NCBI GenBank assembly: GCA_950097015.1
Contig: CATNEN010000007.1
Coordinates: 11,656,001 to 11,720,000, forward strand
DNA length: 64,000 nt
From: Macrostomum hystrix
Taxonomy: Eukaryota > Animalia > Platyhelminthes
Reading direction: 5' to 3'
The translations under genes and the position numbers were made by a program. The notes under the pieces were generated by a model. The model ran no database searches, had not been told where the DNA came from, and saw only the letters and a list, made by a program, of their open reading frames with translations. This document shows, piece after piece, positions 25,200-36,199 of the stretch. Position 1 is the stretch's first letter; each line of letters begins with the position of its first letter.

Positions 25200-28100
25200 G
25201 ACTCTTGTGACAGTCACTTTTTATCGATCTTGTTAAGATGAGGCTCAAATATACTCTGGGAGTTCTCTGAATTCGGGGGAGTGCTTCAGCGATTCGTGGC
25301 GAAATTTTCCCCGTGGCGAAGTCACAGCGCGCACGCACTTTGCGATTTTTCGAATAGCCAGATGGATTCGCGAAGAGGCTGCAGCCTCTGTGGAGAACCG
25401 CGTGGAGTGTGGAACTGCTTTAGGTTTCAACGAATGGAGCCGGAGGTTATGTGGGCGGGAGAAGCAGCTGTGTTTTTGCTGCTTGGGAGCCAATCATCTA
25501 GTAGGCACTTGCAAACGAGCAATGATCTGCGGTGTCGAAGGCTGTAAGGCTGTAAGGCATCATCGACAGCTGCATCGGCAAGGCCCAACGACGCCGGCTG
25601 CGAATCGTCAAGAAGGGGGGTCGCCGAAGAAGATCGAGCGACCGAAGACAATCCAAGGGCAGACGGTTAAGGTCCAGGGCCTGCAAGAGTCGCACACATT
25701 GCTCGCTAGGAACTCGTCATCAATGGCGCTGCAAACCGTGCCTGTAGTTCTGGCAAAAGGTGGCGGGTACGTGCGTGTACATGCCCTGATGGACGATGCA
25801 AGCATCCGCTAGTACTTGACGTGGCGGCGGAACTCGGATTGCGGATGTTGGCCAAGCGGTAGAGTTGTATGAGCAGCTTGCGGAACTCTGGAGCAAAGCA
25901 GGAATGCGAGCTTGCAAGTGGATGTCTAACGTCGTGGAGGTGCTTCACAGAGTTCCATCGGAGGCTCGCACGGCAAAGGCGCTCGGAGTGAACTGGGATG
26001 CAAAGGAGGATGCCATTGGAATTTCAATCAGCCAGATGGTGTCGACCGACCCGACGATGACCAAGAGAGTGCTGCTGCGATGAGTCGGCGAGGTCTTCGA
26101 CCCCTGCGGCCGAAGCAGCCGAAGTACTTGACGGCTCCAGCAGTCGTAGGCAGCTAGTGTTGCAGTTAGCATGGCAGCAAGGCGTTGGTTGGGATGACGC
26201 ACCGGATGATGGTTGGGATGACGCACCGGATGATGGTTGGGATGACGCACTGGATGATGGTTGGGATGACGCACTGGATGATGGTTGGGATGACGCACTG
26301 GATGATGGTTGGGATGACGCACTGGATGATGGTTGGGATGACGCACTGGATGATGGTTGGGATGACGCACCGGATGATGGTTGGGATGACGCACCGGATG
26401 ATGGTTGGGATGACGCACCGGATGATGGTTGGGATGACGCACCGGATGATGGTTGGGATGACGCACCGGATGATGGTTGGGATGACGCACTGGATGATGG
26501 TTGGGATGACGCACCCGATGATGGTTGGGATGACGCACTGGATGATGGTTGAGATGACGCACCGGATGATGGTTGGGATGACGCACTGGATGATGGTTGG
26601 GATGACGCACCCGATGATGGTTGGGATGACGCACTGGATGATGGTTGAGATGACGCACCGGATGATGGTTGGGATGACGCACTGGATGATGGTTGGGATG
26701 ACGCACTGGATGATGGTTGGGATGACGCACTGGATGATGGTTGGGATGACGCACTGGATGATGGTTGGGATGACGCACTGGATGATGGTTGGGATGACGC
26801 ACTGGATGATGGTTGGGATGACGCACTGGATGATGGTTGGGATGACGCACTGGATGATGGTTGAGATGACGCACCGGATGATGGTTGGGATGACGCACTG
26901 GATGATGGTTGGGATGACGCACCCGATGATGGTTGGGATGACGCACTGGATGATGGTTGGGATGACGCACTGGATGATGGTTGGGATGACGCACTGGATG
27001 ATGGTTGGGATGACGCACTGGATGATGGTTGGGATGACGCACCCGATGATGGTTGGGATGACGCACTGGATGATGGTTGGGATGACGCACCCGATGATGG
27101 TTGGGATGACGCACTGGATGATGGTTGGGATGACGCACCCGATGATGGTTGGGATGACGCACTGGATGATGGTTGGGATGACGCACTGGATGATGGTTGG
27201 GATGACGCACTGGATGATGGTTGGGATGACGCACTGGATGATGGTTGGGATGACGCACTGGATGATGGTTGGGATGACGCACTGGATGATGGTTGGGATC
27301 ACGCACTGGATGATGGTTGGGATGACGCACTGGATGATGGTTGGGATGACGCACTGGATGATGGTTGGGATCACGCACTGGATGATGGTTGGGATGATGG
27401 GATCCGGAGCTAGCAGCTCATGCGGCCTTGTGGACACAGCAACTGTCGAAGGCTCCCAGCCTTGTAGTGCCTCGCTGCCTGCGTCCAGACAATGGATCAG
27501 CGGAACTGCACACGTTTGTCGACGCATCTCAGGCGGCTTATAGAGTCGTGTATCTGCGCAGCGTGAGTGGAAAAGGTGTGACGGTTCGTTTTGTGGCTTC
27601 AAAGGTGGCGCCGTTGCTCACCGTAAGCATCCTGCTAATGGATCTGAGGCTGTGGTCCTTGGATTACGGCTTGCAAGTCTAGCGGCGGAAGCATTGCAAG
27701 TCCCGATTGAGTCCGTCGGGTTTCGGAGTGATAGCCACGCGTCAAATGGAGCTTTCAGCCTCCTGTAGCGCCGCATTTTTGTGGTGCGCACGGGTGATGG
27801 TCCGGGCCGCCAAGCGAGCGCTGCACGCGATTCTAAGCAAATGCGGAGGTCAACGACGAGGAGCTGCAGTCCGTGATTATCGGAGCGGAGGCACTTATCA
27901 ACTCGCGCCCAATCACCTATCAATTTGCCAACCCGAGAGACGAGGAGCCGCTGACCCCAAACCATTTTCTGCACGGTTAGGCTGGCGGTCAGTTTGCTCC
28001 GGACGTATCCGATGACATCGCTGCGGATCCAAGGCGGCGCTGGCGGCGCGTCCAAGAGCTGGTGCGGCACGCTAGACTACGCGAGTGGCTGCCTGGGCTC

Positions 28101-28265
28101 CAACCGAGAGCTAAATGGACGTCTCCACAGCGCGATGTGCAGCCAGATGATGTCGTCCTCGTGATTAAAGCCGACTCTCCTCGCGGGCTTTCGCCAAGTC
28201 GACGAGTCGCTGTTTGTCCGCCCGGTGAGCAACCTTTGCTTCATTGTATGATGAAGGCTGATTGA
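25200..28265 (+). mobile_element. Decayed, internally deleted BEL/Pao LTR retrotransposon
   Basis: Fragments in BEL order: Gag knuckles (CFCCLGANHLVGTC...CGVEGC...HHRQLH), protease (ALMDDAS), RT end (KWMSN, KALGVNWD), RNase H (LQLAWQQGVGWDD, ELHTFVDASQAAY, FVASK), integrase tail (EALINSRPIT, PLTPNHFL, REWLPGLQPRAKW). Many stops and frameshifts; LTRs not identified. Confidence 0.88.
26187..27400. repeat. 24-bp minisatellite (~50 copies) inside the BEL/Pao RNase H region
   Basis: Unit GGTTGGGATGACGCAC(T/C)GGATGAT, reading GWDDALDD in the Pao frame. Confidence 0.96.
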
Positions 28266-29227
28266 TGTACTCGAGCACTGTTACGGCTTTAAAGAAGGTT
28301 GACTACTGGTTTATTGTGTTTACTGTTTGCTGTACAACAAAGCTTACTATTCTTTGTTGTGCTTGTTCTTTGTTGTTAACTCAGTATTGGTTTTCTGTGT
28401 GAAATACTGAAGTCGGTGTCAGCTTTTAGCAGTTGCTAACCATTATTCAGCTTTGACTACTTTAGACTTTTTGTTAGCTTTTTTCTCCTGGTTGAGTGTT
28501 TCTATATTAACTTGCGACGCGCGATTATTATTATTACTAATATTCTTTTTTTGGCTCCCGGTTTTGAACCAGGTGTTTTAATGTGCTCGGATTAATTGCA
28601 CGCATAGTTTGCTAATCGAATTATTGTGCATTCGTCCATTTTTCACTCGAGATATTTTTGGGTGAGCTTTCTGTCTAACAGCTACTGAATTATTGTTCGA
28701 GCCTACATGCGTATCTTCTGGGCGGGAGTTGAAATTCTCGTTCTGAGAATTTTCTCGTTTTCTTGTGCTTTGGTGACAGATAAATTCTTTTGTTAGCGCG
28801 ACAAAACATTTTAGCCTTGTTTTTTCTTTCTCTTGTCGAAGAGGTCTTTGTTGCTGACATATGATGTCAGGAAGGGGTATTTTGTGAAGTTATATTTTCT
28901 GACTTAAAAGTCGCGGTCAGTCTCTTACCCCATAATGTTCATTCTACCTCTGCTTCTGTTCTACCTCGTTTCATTCTGTTCATTGTCCTCTGCTTGTCAC
29001 CCACCCCATTCTTGACTATGTTATACTTGTCGTTAAGAAGAGCTCTGCCCAATGTACGAGTTTTTGTTCCGTGTGTTTTTAGCTCGTATTCTGCGAGACC
29101 GCAGTTCCTATAAATAGAAGGCTTTTTAAGGACTGCTGATTTTCACACGATGGACAAGCTGGGCGATTAATTTAATTTTACGTTTTGATTTTCACTTTTT
29201 AGTCCTCATCGAAAAAAATAATAGGAG

Positions 29228-29539
29228 TGAAATAACTCTAGACTGGTGGTATTTAGAACGAAACGTAAACAGTCAGAGCTCCACGCTCCTGAGAACAGCG
29301 ATATATATTTTATGCGACGGCACGTTGGGTGTAAGGATTAGGGGGTGATAAAATAGAGCGAACAATGATTTGAAAGTCAGCCAGTTAACCAAACGGCTGC
29401 CAGCGCGGTGTACTCAGCGTACGCGCGCTGGCTGCACATGGCTGCACCGCACAATGAAATGATATTCAGCCAGTTAACAGACAGATGCCAGCGCGGTGTA
29501 CTCAGCGTATGCGCGCTGGCTGCAAGTCACTACATAACA
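29228..29539 (-). repeat. 3' LTR of the Gypsy element (312 bp)
   Basis: Plus strand TGAAATAAC...TACATAACA; matches 35390-35701 except one G/A difference. Confidence 0.97.
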
Positions 29540-32500
29540 CTTCTCCCACCATAGTTCAGACGGTCTGGGCTCTTGCGGATCCTGGTCGATCTTCGAGGCA
29601 CGTGCTGCGGTGATTGATCCCGCCGCTGCTGCTGCTGCGGTGCCATTGTTGGAGGCGTTGGAGGCGTTGGCGGTGGCTGATGTAGTGATGTCGGCGGCGG
29701 CGGCGGTGGGGGCGGCGGCGGTGCCAGTGGTAGGGGCGGTGGCAGTTGTGGCGGCTGACAGACCAGCCCCCGAGGCTGTTGGTCCACATTGCGGTGAGTC
29801 GTATCGCACCGCATCTGGTTTGCATGGCGCCGAACCGTTCTGTTGTCTGGCAGGTTGCACTGGTACCAGTTGCTGCCTTCAATGCCCACCACCGTTGCTC
29901 GCGTCCAGCTCCGTTCCTTTCCACAGCTGAAGTCTTGAACGAACACTGCCTCGCCCTCCGCGAAGCTCCGCCCGTGCGCCCCAGAGTCATGCTGCAGCCT
30001 TTGCTTCTCCTGGTTCTCGAGGACCCGCTTGGCAATGTCTGGCCTGGGTACATCGAGGAGCGTTCGCAGCGAACGGCGCATCAGTAGCTCACAAGGAGCC
30101 ACTCCTGTCGTTGGGTGCGGCGTTGTGCGGTAACTCAGCAAGAATCTCGCCAGCTGCGTCTCCAGAGAGCTGCCGTCGCTCGCTTGTTTTTTCAGAGAGC
30201 TCTTGACGGTCTGCACAGTTCGTTCGGCTTGGCCATTCGAAGCTGGGTGGTAGGGCGGCGTGCGGATGTGCCGAATGCCGTTCTTAGCACAGAAGGTTTC
30301 GAACTCCGAGCTTGCGAAGCAGGGACCGTTGTCCGAGACAATAGCATCCGGCAGGCCGTGGGCACTGAAGGTCTGTCGTAGCTTCTCTATCGTTGCAGAG
30401 CTTGTCGTTGCCGACGTCACGTGAACGTCGATCCACTTGGAGTAGGAGTCGACTACCACCAGGAGCATTCTTCCTTGGACGGGCCCTGCGAAGTCGATGT
30501 GAATCCGCGACCAGGGCCTTGTCGGCAGCGGCCACGGTTGCAGTGGCACCTCCGGACCGACTCGCTGGTGCTTCTGGCACTCCTGGCATCCCGCTGCCTT
30601 CGCCTCGATATCACGGTCCATGCCGGGCCACCAGATGTAGCTCCTGGCCAGCGACTTCATGCGGGACGCGCCAGGGTGTGCGACGTGCAGCGATTCCAGG
30701 AGACTGGATCGACAGGCCTCCGGAATGACGACGCGGCAGCCCCAAAGAATGCAGCCGTCTTGGACCGAGAGCTCCTGTAGGCGTTTGCCGAAGGGCGTGA
30801 GGTCAGGGGACAGGGATCCCTTGTCCGGCCAGGCAGAGAGACAGAAACGAATTACCTGAGACAATGTGGCATCGCGGCGTGACCAGTTACGCACATCTGA
30901 TGAAGTCACCGGACCGGCGTCGAGGCAGTCCATCACTTGAATGACTTCCGGTGGCACTGGATCGTCCTTGGGCCCGCTTGATGCAGGAAGGCGGCTCAGG
31001 GCGTCCGCCCGGAGCATAGAGGTCCCGCTGCGATGTACTAGACGGTAGCGATAGGCTGTCAGGAGCAGCGCCCATCGTTGAACTCGGCCGGACGCCAACG
31101 TTGGAAGCGGCCGTTCCTGCCCAAGGAGGCCTAACAGCGGCCGATGGTCCGTCAGCAGGTTGAACTCTTGGCCAAACAGATACTGGTGGAATTTTCTGAC
31201 GCCAAAGACCAGCGCGAGTGCCTCCTTCTCCAGCTGACAGTAGTTCTTCTCAGCGGCACTGAGACTGCGCGAAGCGTACGCGATCGGTTTGTCCATGCCG
31301 TTCTGACGATGGAAGATGACAGCGCCCAGGCCGTACTGCGAGGCGTCGCACTCCAGGTAGAGGTCCTCTGCCGCATTGTAGTGCACCAGGACACTTGGAT
31401 GCGTGAGTAGCTGCTTTGCTGCGGCAAACGCTTTGGCCTCACCGCGGTCCCACCGCCACTTCGAGTTTTTCTCCAGCAGCCGGTGTAGCGGTGCCAGCAC
31501 GCTGGAGAGATTCGGCAGGAACTTCCCGTAATAGTTGATGAGGCCCAAGAAGCTCCTGAGCTGAGTCGTGTTCGTCGGTGCTGGTGCATCTAGCACGGCT
31601 TGGACTTTGTCGTCGAGTGGGTGCAGTCCCTCTGCGTCGATGCGGTGACCCAGGTACGTGACCTCGTCCTGGAAGAATCTGCACTTCTCGAGCTTGCAGG
31701 TCAGGCCGGATTCCTTGAAGACCCTCAGGACCTCTCTGAGATTGTGCAGATGGCTCGCGTCGTCCTCTCCCGTGATGATGACATCATCGATGAAGGATGC
31801 TGTGTGCGGAATTCCACGCAGCAGGTTGTCCATCACTCGTTGGAAGACGCTTGGGGCAATCGACACCCCAAAAGGCAGTCGGGTGTAGCGCAGGAGTCCG
31901 ACGGAAGTGTTGATTGTACAGACCTCTTGGGCTTCCTCGTCCAGCGGAAGCTGCATAAATGCGTTGGTCAGGTCCAGCTTAGAGAACTTTTGCCCGCCAG
32001 TCAGCCGGGCGAACAGTTCGTCGATGTTTGGCAGGGGGTACGCCTCCGGCCGAATCGCTGTGTTGACTCCCTGCTTGAAATCTGCACAGACGCGGACGCT
32101 ACCGTCCGATTTCATCACTGGCACGATCGGTGACGCCCAGTCGGAGTTCTTGACCGGCATCAGCACTCCTTGGTCGATTTCCTTCTGCAGCTGCTGTTCG
32201 ACTTTTTCACGCAGCGCGAAAGGAACAGGTCGCGCCTTGAAGAACTTCGGTCTGGCGGTCTCCTTGAGACTGATAGACACTGGCTTGCCGTTGAACTCTC
32301 CCAGGCCTTGGAAGACATCTGAGAACTCCTTGATGAGCTTCTCAGCAGGGTCACCGATGCGCTTGACCGACTGCCAGTCCAGGCGCAGCTGAGCCAGCCA
32401 ATCCCGACCGAGGAGGCTCGGACCGTCGCCGGCGACAACGAGAAGCCGCAGTTGCGCTTCATCAGAGTCGGCGGACACTCGCACGCGGACGGACAGCTGG

Positions 32501-32733
32501 CCGAGCACGCGCACGGTCTGACCGGTGTAGGTGCTGAGTTGAATCGTTGACCGGGACAGTGTAACCAGTCCGTCCAGGTTCGCCTTGAATGTGCGCTCAG
32601 ACATCAGCGATACAGATGCACCTGTGTCTACCTCCATCTCGTGCTGCCGCCCTTCGATAAAAACCGATGTCCTGATCGGTGGAAAACTTGACTGCGGCCG
32701 ATCCGCCCCCAGATGATAAAACGGATACGACAC
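29530..32733 (-). CDS. pol: Gypsy Pol (protease-RT-RNase H-integrase), uninterrupted; no own ATG at its 5' end
   Basis: VDTGAS, LLGRDWL, YPLP, KLDLTNAF, LPFG, FIDD, YLGH, ECDASQYGLGA, LEKEALA, TDHRPL, H-H-C-C, IHIDFAGP, SDNG, NGQAERTVQT. The ORF-track start is a GTG (Val) of the original gag-pol junction. Confidence 0.95.
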   Translation of the reverse strand: MSYPFYHLGADRPQSSFPPIRTSVFIEGRQHEMEVDTGASVSLMSERTFKANLDGLVTLSRSTIQLSTYTGQTVRVLGQLSVRVRVSADSDEAQLRLLVVAGDGPSLLGRDWLAQLRLDWQSVKRIGDPAEKLIKEFSDVFQGLGEFNGKPVSISLKETARPKFFKARPVPFALREKVEQQLQKEIDQGVLMPVKNSDWASPIVPVMKSDGSVRVCADFKQGVNTAIRPEAYPLPNIDELFARLTGGQKFSKLDLTNAFMQLPLDEEAQEVCTINTSVGLLRYTRLPFGVSIAPSVFQRVMDNLLRGIPHTASFIDDVIITGEDDASHLHNLREVLRVFKESGLTCKLEKCRFFQDEVTYLGHRIDAEGLHPLDDKVQAVLDAPAPTNTTQLRSFLGLINYYGKFLPNLSSVLAPLHRLLEKNSKWRWDRGEAKAFAAAKQLLTHPSVLVHYNAAEDLYLECDASQYGLGAVIFHRQNGMDKPIAYASRSLSAAEKNYCQLEKEALALVFGVRKFHQYLFGQEFNLLTDHRPLLGLLGQERPLPTLASGRVQRWALLLTAYRYRLVHRSGTSMLRADALSRLPASSGPKDDPVPPEVIQVMDCLDAGPVTSSDVRNWSRRDATLSQVIRFCLSAWPDKGSLSPDLTPFGKRLQELSVQDGCILWGCRVVIPEACRSSLLESLHVAHPGASRMKSLARSYIWWPGMDRDIEAKAAGCQECQKHQRVGPEVPLQPWPLPTRPWSRIHIDFAGPVQGRMLLVVVDSYSKWIDVHVTSATTSSATIEKLRQTFSAHGLPDAIVSDNGPCFASSEFETFCAKNGIRHIRTPPYHPASNGQAERTVQTVKSSLKKQASDGSSLETQLARFLLSYRTTPHPTTGVAPCELLMRRSLRTLLDVPRPDIAKRVLENQEKQRLQHDSGAHGRSFAEGEAVFVQDFSCGKERSWTRATVVGIEGSNWYQCNLPDNRTVRRHANQMRCDTTHRNVDQQPRGLVCQPPQLPPPLPLAPPPPPPPPPPTSLHQPPPTPPTPPTMAPQQQQRRDQSPQHVPRRSTRIRKSPDRLNYGGRSVM

Positions 32734-32743
32734 CTCATCTGGA

Positions 32744-32746
<3 letters not shown>

Positions 32747-32774
<28 letters not shown>

Positions 32775-34553
32775 GGCCCCTCGGCCAAAGGCCATACAGG
32801 GGGCGCGCCAGCGCGCCCGTTGCCTCCAGGAAATCCAGCACCCTCTCCGGGTGCTCCTGCAACAGGGACATCGAGCCGATGCCTTCAAAGCAGCGGCGCT
32901 CCTCCTCCCATCTCGGGCAGTCCAGCAGGAAGTGTTCCGTGTTCTCGACCGGGGCTTGGCAATGTGGGCAGACCGGGCTCTCCACGCGGCCCCAGCGGTG
33001 TAGGGTGTCCCGAAGGAAAGGGGCCCGGTTGGCCCGCAGCTGATAAAGGGCCACTTCCTGGTCCCGCCGCCTCCTGTTGCTTGGCGGCAGTGGCCTGCCC
33101 CCGCAGCGCCGGTGAGGGTGCTCCGCCGGAACCTCAGCCTCGTACTGGGCTTTGGCCCGGACGACGCTCTGCCGCCGGACCGCAGCCTGAATGGCACCTG
33201 CTGAAGCCCGGGCGCCTTCCTGAGGCAGCGCGCAGCCTTCCCGGGCCAGCGAGTCGGCTTCCTCGTTCAGGTGCAGACCCGCATGTCCCGGGATCCAGAT
33301 GACTGTGAGCCGGTGTTTTTCAGCCAGCTGGTGCAGCAGGGCCACTGCCTGTGCCGCCCCATGGTCGTCCTGACACCGCTCCGGGCGCTGCAGCTTCTCG
33401 AAGAGCGCGCGGGAGTCGAAGAGCAGCCAGATGGTACGATGGGTCTGCCCCTCCAGCAACTCCCACGCCGCCTGCAGCCCCGCCGCTGCCGCCGCCGCCT
33501 CTGCAGATGTTGAGCACGTGAGGCGCCCTGTCGCGACTGACCCGTTGACATCCGGGCCCGGTGCCCGCCGCCGGATCACGTAGCCGCCTCCCCCGTTCCG
33601 GACTCCTTCCTCCGCTGCCCCGTCCGTCCAAATTTGCAGGTCAGGCGGGTCCTTCTGGTGCAGGTTGTCCAGAGTGATCAGGGCTTCCTGCCTCCCCCGC
33701 CACTCCGGGTCCTCCCTCTTCGTGTTGGGCGTGCAGACAAACGACACTGCCGTACCCCTCCACGGCCTCGGCAGCATGGTCACAGGCACCCGCTCCTCGG
33801 GATTATCGGCACTCCTCCTGCAGCCACAACCCCTCAACACTTGCTTGGCGGTATCCCTCCAGCTGGGCCGCAAACCCCCGCCTCGCGCCTTCAGCCTGCG
33901 CGCCGTGCATGGCTCCTGGGCCAGGCCTCCGAGCGGATGGGCAGCCGGGAACTGCCGGCACCTGGTGAGCAGCGCAGCAGCCTTCTCCTCGCAGATGGGG
34001 CCCAGCGACAGCAGCTCCGCGTCCGTCGTCAGCGCCAGCGAACGCGCCCCTGCCCCGACCCCCGTGATGATGCGGGCCGCTTCGGCGTTCAGCCGTTCCA
34101 ACCTCTGCCGGTAAGTTGGGGCCAGGAAGCTCCACCAGACCTCCGCGCAGTAGAGTCCAGCCGGCCTGACGTAGCTGCAATACAGCTGCCGCAGCGTACG
34201 AGCCTCCGCTCCCCAGGTGCGGCCTGCAACCGCACGGAGAGCGATGAGCCTGCGGCGAATGGTGGCAGCCGCAGATTGGGCGTGCTCGGCGAAGGTCAGC
34301 TGGCTGTCAAGGTGCACGCCCAGGATCTTGACCGTGCTGCTGAGCGCGATCTGCTGGCCGCCGACTGTCAGCTGCACGGGGGCCTTGCCCTTGACCTCCC
34401 CCGGGTGCGTGGTAACCAGTAGGGCTTCGGTCTTGTCGGGCGCCAGCTCGAACTGATGATCCTTGCACCAGGAAGCCACTGCATCGATGGCGGTTTGCGA
34501 CAGCTCCGCCGCCTCAGCTGCAGATTTCCCAGACGCGTTGACGGTCAGATCAT
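32747..34553 (-). mobile_element. 5'-truncated non-LTR retrotransposon (I group, Ingi/Nimb-like) with RNase H and CCHC, ending in a (GA)n tail
   Basis: Flanked by a 14-bp TSD CCTCATCTGGACTC (32733-32746 and 34554-34567). Starts at the DD of the RT xADD motif, then WCKDH...KTE, KILGVHLD, TWGA, RNase H (WTDG, SAE, FDS, WIPGH, NEEADSLA) and CPHC...EHFLLDC. The TAG is followed directly by (AG)n. Confidence 0.95.
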
Positions 34554-35376
34554 CCTCATCTGGACTCGCGCTCGTGGTCACCTGCTCCACCAGCTGGTGT
34601 GTCTGCTGCTGCCGCAGTGCATCTGTCTTACAGGCCTTCGCTGTGTGTCCGGTCTTGCTGCACTTAAAGCAGCGCTTGTCCACGAAGGGGCACTTGCTGG
34701 CCAGGTGACGGGTTGAGAGACAGCGAAAGCAGCGCCGACGACTTTCGGCTCCCAGCTGTCTGCTGTCTTCCTCTGGTCGCTGCCGCTCCATCCGTAGCAC
34801 AGCGTCGCTTTCCGTCGATGGCGTCGGTGCTGCCGAGTTCGCTGATCCCAGCGACCGGCAGTTGATGGCTGCCGATTCGCCCGCCCGAGCGATCTCCTTT
34901 GCTGTGTCGAGGGTGAGGGTCGGCTCCATCAGCAGCCGGCGTTGGATTTGCTGATCCGCGATGCCGCACACCAGTCTGTCCCGCAGCATGTCCGACAAGC
35001 TGTTGCCAAAGTTGCAGAACTCGGCCAGCTTCCGCAGCTCTGCCAGAAACTCTGCCACAGTCTCTCCAGCACGCTGGGCTCGGTTGTTAAAGTGGAACCT
35101 TTGGACGATCTCACTTGGTCTCGGGTTGAAATGACCGCTCAGCAGTGAACAGATGTCGTCGTACGATTTGCCAGCAACTTTGGCTGGAGAGCACAGGCTT
35201 CTAGCCAATTGAAACGTCTTCCTTCCACAGACACTCAGCAGGGTTGCTCTCTTCTTGCCCTCGTCAGTGATGTCCTGGGCGAGAAAATGCTGCTCCAGGC
35301 GCTCCTGGTATTCATCCCAGGTTTCGACGGAGTCTTCAAATTCTCCGATTCCGTGGGCCGGCATGGCTGGGCCCAA
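32770..35376 (-). CDS. gag: Chimeric ORF: Mag-like Gag (274 aa) fused in frame to LINE RT thumb/RNase H/CCHC (594 aa)
   Basis: Gag motifs WDEYQERLEQHF, KKRATLLSVCG, LRKLAEFCNF, LRDRLVCG and two CCHC knuckles; junction reads TTSASPDE|DDLTVNASG; 868 aa with no internal stop. Confidence 0.92.
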
Positions 35377-35378
35377 GT

Positions 35379-35388
35379 CTCGTCGCCA
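35379..35388 (-). promoter_or_regulatory. Primer binding site, complementary to the 3' end of tRNA-Ser(GCU)
   Basis: Minus strand TGGCGACGAG, one base after the 5' LTR; complements ...CUCGUCGCCA. Confidence 0.8.
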
Positions 35389-35389
35389 C

Positions 35390-35701
35390 TGAAATAACTC
35401 TAGACTGGTGGTATTTAGAACGAAACGTAAACAGTCAGAGCTCCACGCTCCTGAGAACAGCGATATATATTTTATGCGACGGCACGTTGGGTGTAAGGAT
35501 TAGGGGGTGATAAAATAGAGCGAACAATGATTTGAAAGTCAGCCAGTTAACCAAACGGCTGCCAGCGCGGTGTACTCAGCGTACGCGCGCTGGCTGCACA
35601 TGGCTGCACCGCACAATGAAATGATATTCAGCCAGTTAACAGACAGATGCCAGCGCGGTGTACTCAGCGTATACGCGCTGGCTGCAAGTCACTACATAAC
35701 A
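35390..35701 (-). repeat. 5' LTR of the Gypsy element (312 bp)
   Basis: Near-identical to 29228-29539; adjacent to the PBS and the TSD. Confidence 0.97.
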
Positions 35702-36199
35702 AGGAGGATAATAGTATGTAGTTCAGCAACTGGAGAATAAGGTTAGGCTAATGGATGAAGCATAGACTGAATCGAAAATGATTGAAGACGTGTTAAACTG
35801 GCTGCAAGTTTTAACTGACCATGAATCGGCACTATTCACCTGATACCACAATGACTAATTTGGCGATTAGTTCTCGATATATAAAGTACCCATGTCCTGC
35901 AGGGCAGTCGCAGATGGGTAAGTTATTCTGCAGCCGTGAGCCAAACAGCGGAGACTGCAAGGTGCCACTGCAGCTGAATTCCTGTCAGCACATGCATCTG
36001 ATTCTCATCTTGCCGAATTGTTTACGGCCATTGCCAACAAGCACCTTCCTGAGCTGCTGCTGGCCTGAAGGGCGGATAGAATTTTGCATTAACTGCGCCC
36101 GCTTTCCGACCTGCAGGATGAAAAGTTCCAGTGCTGCCGCATAGACTTGCTGTGAGAGCTGGGCAAGGGCTGCTGTGTTAGTCTGGGAGAGATAGAGAT

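Larger units (their letters stand above)
29228..35701 (-). mobile_element. Full-length young Ty3/Gypsy (Mag-like) LTR retrotransposon carrying a nested LINE fragment
   Basis: Two 312-bp TG...CA LTRs differing at one position. 5-bp TSD AGGAG at 29223-29227 and 35702-35706. PBS TGGCGACGAG next to the 5' LTR; purine tract GGTGGGAGAAG next to the 3' LTR; gag and intact pol. Confidence 0.97.

Noticed and set aside
25945-27602. Three ORFs of 450-480 aa
   Set aside because: They are stop-free frames of the 24-bp repeat; the ancestral Pao frame itself contains TGA variants.
28270-29222. BEL/Pao 3' LTR
   Set aside because: The T-rich sequence could be element-derived, but I found no matching copy upstream of the gag remnant.
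29530-32733. Pol as an independent gene starting at 32733
   Set aside because: The start is the GTG Val codon of the original fused gag-pol, exposed only by the LINE insertion.
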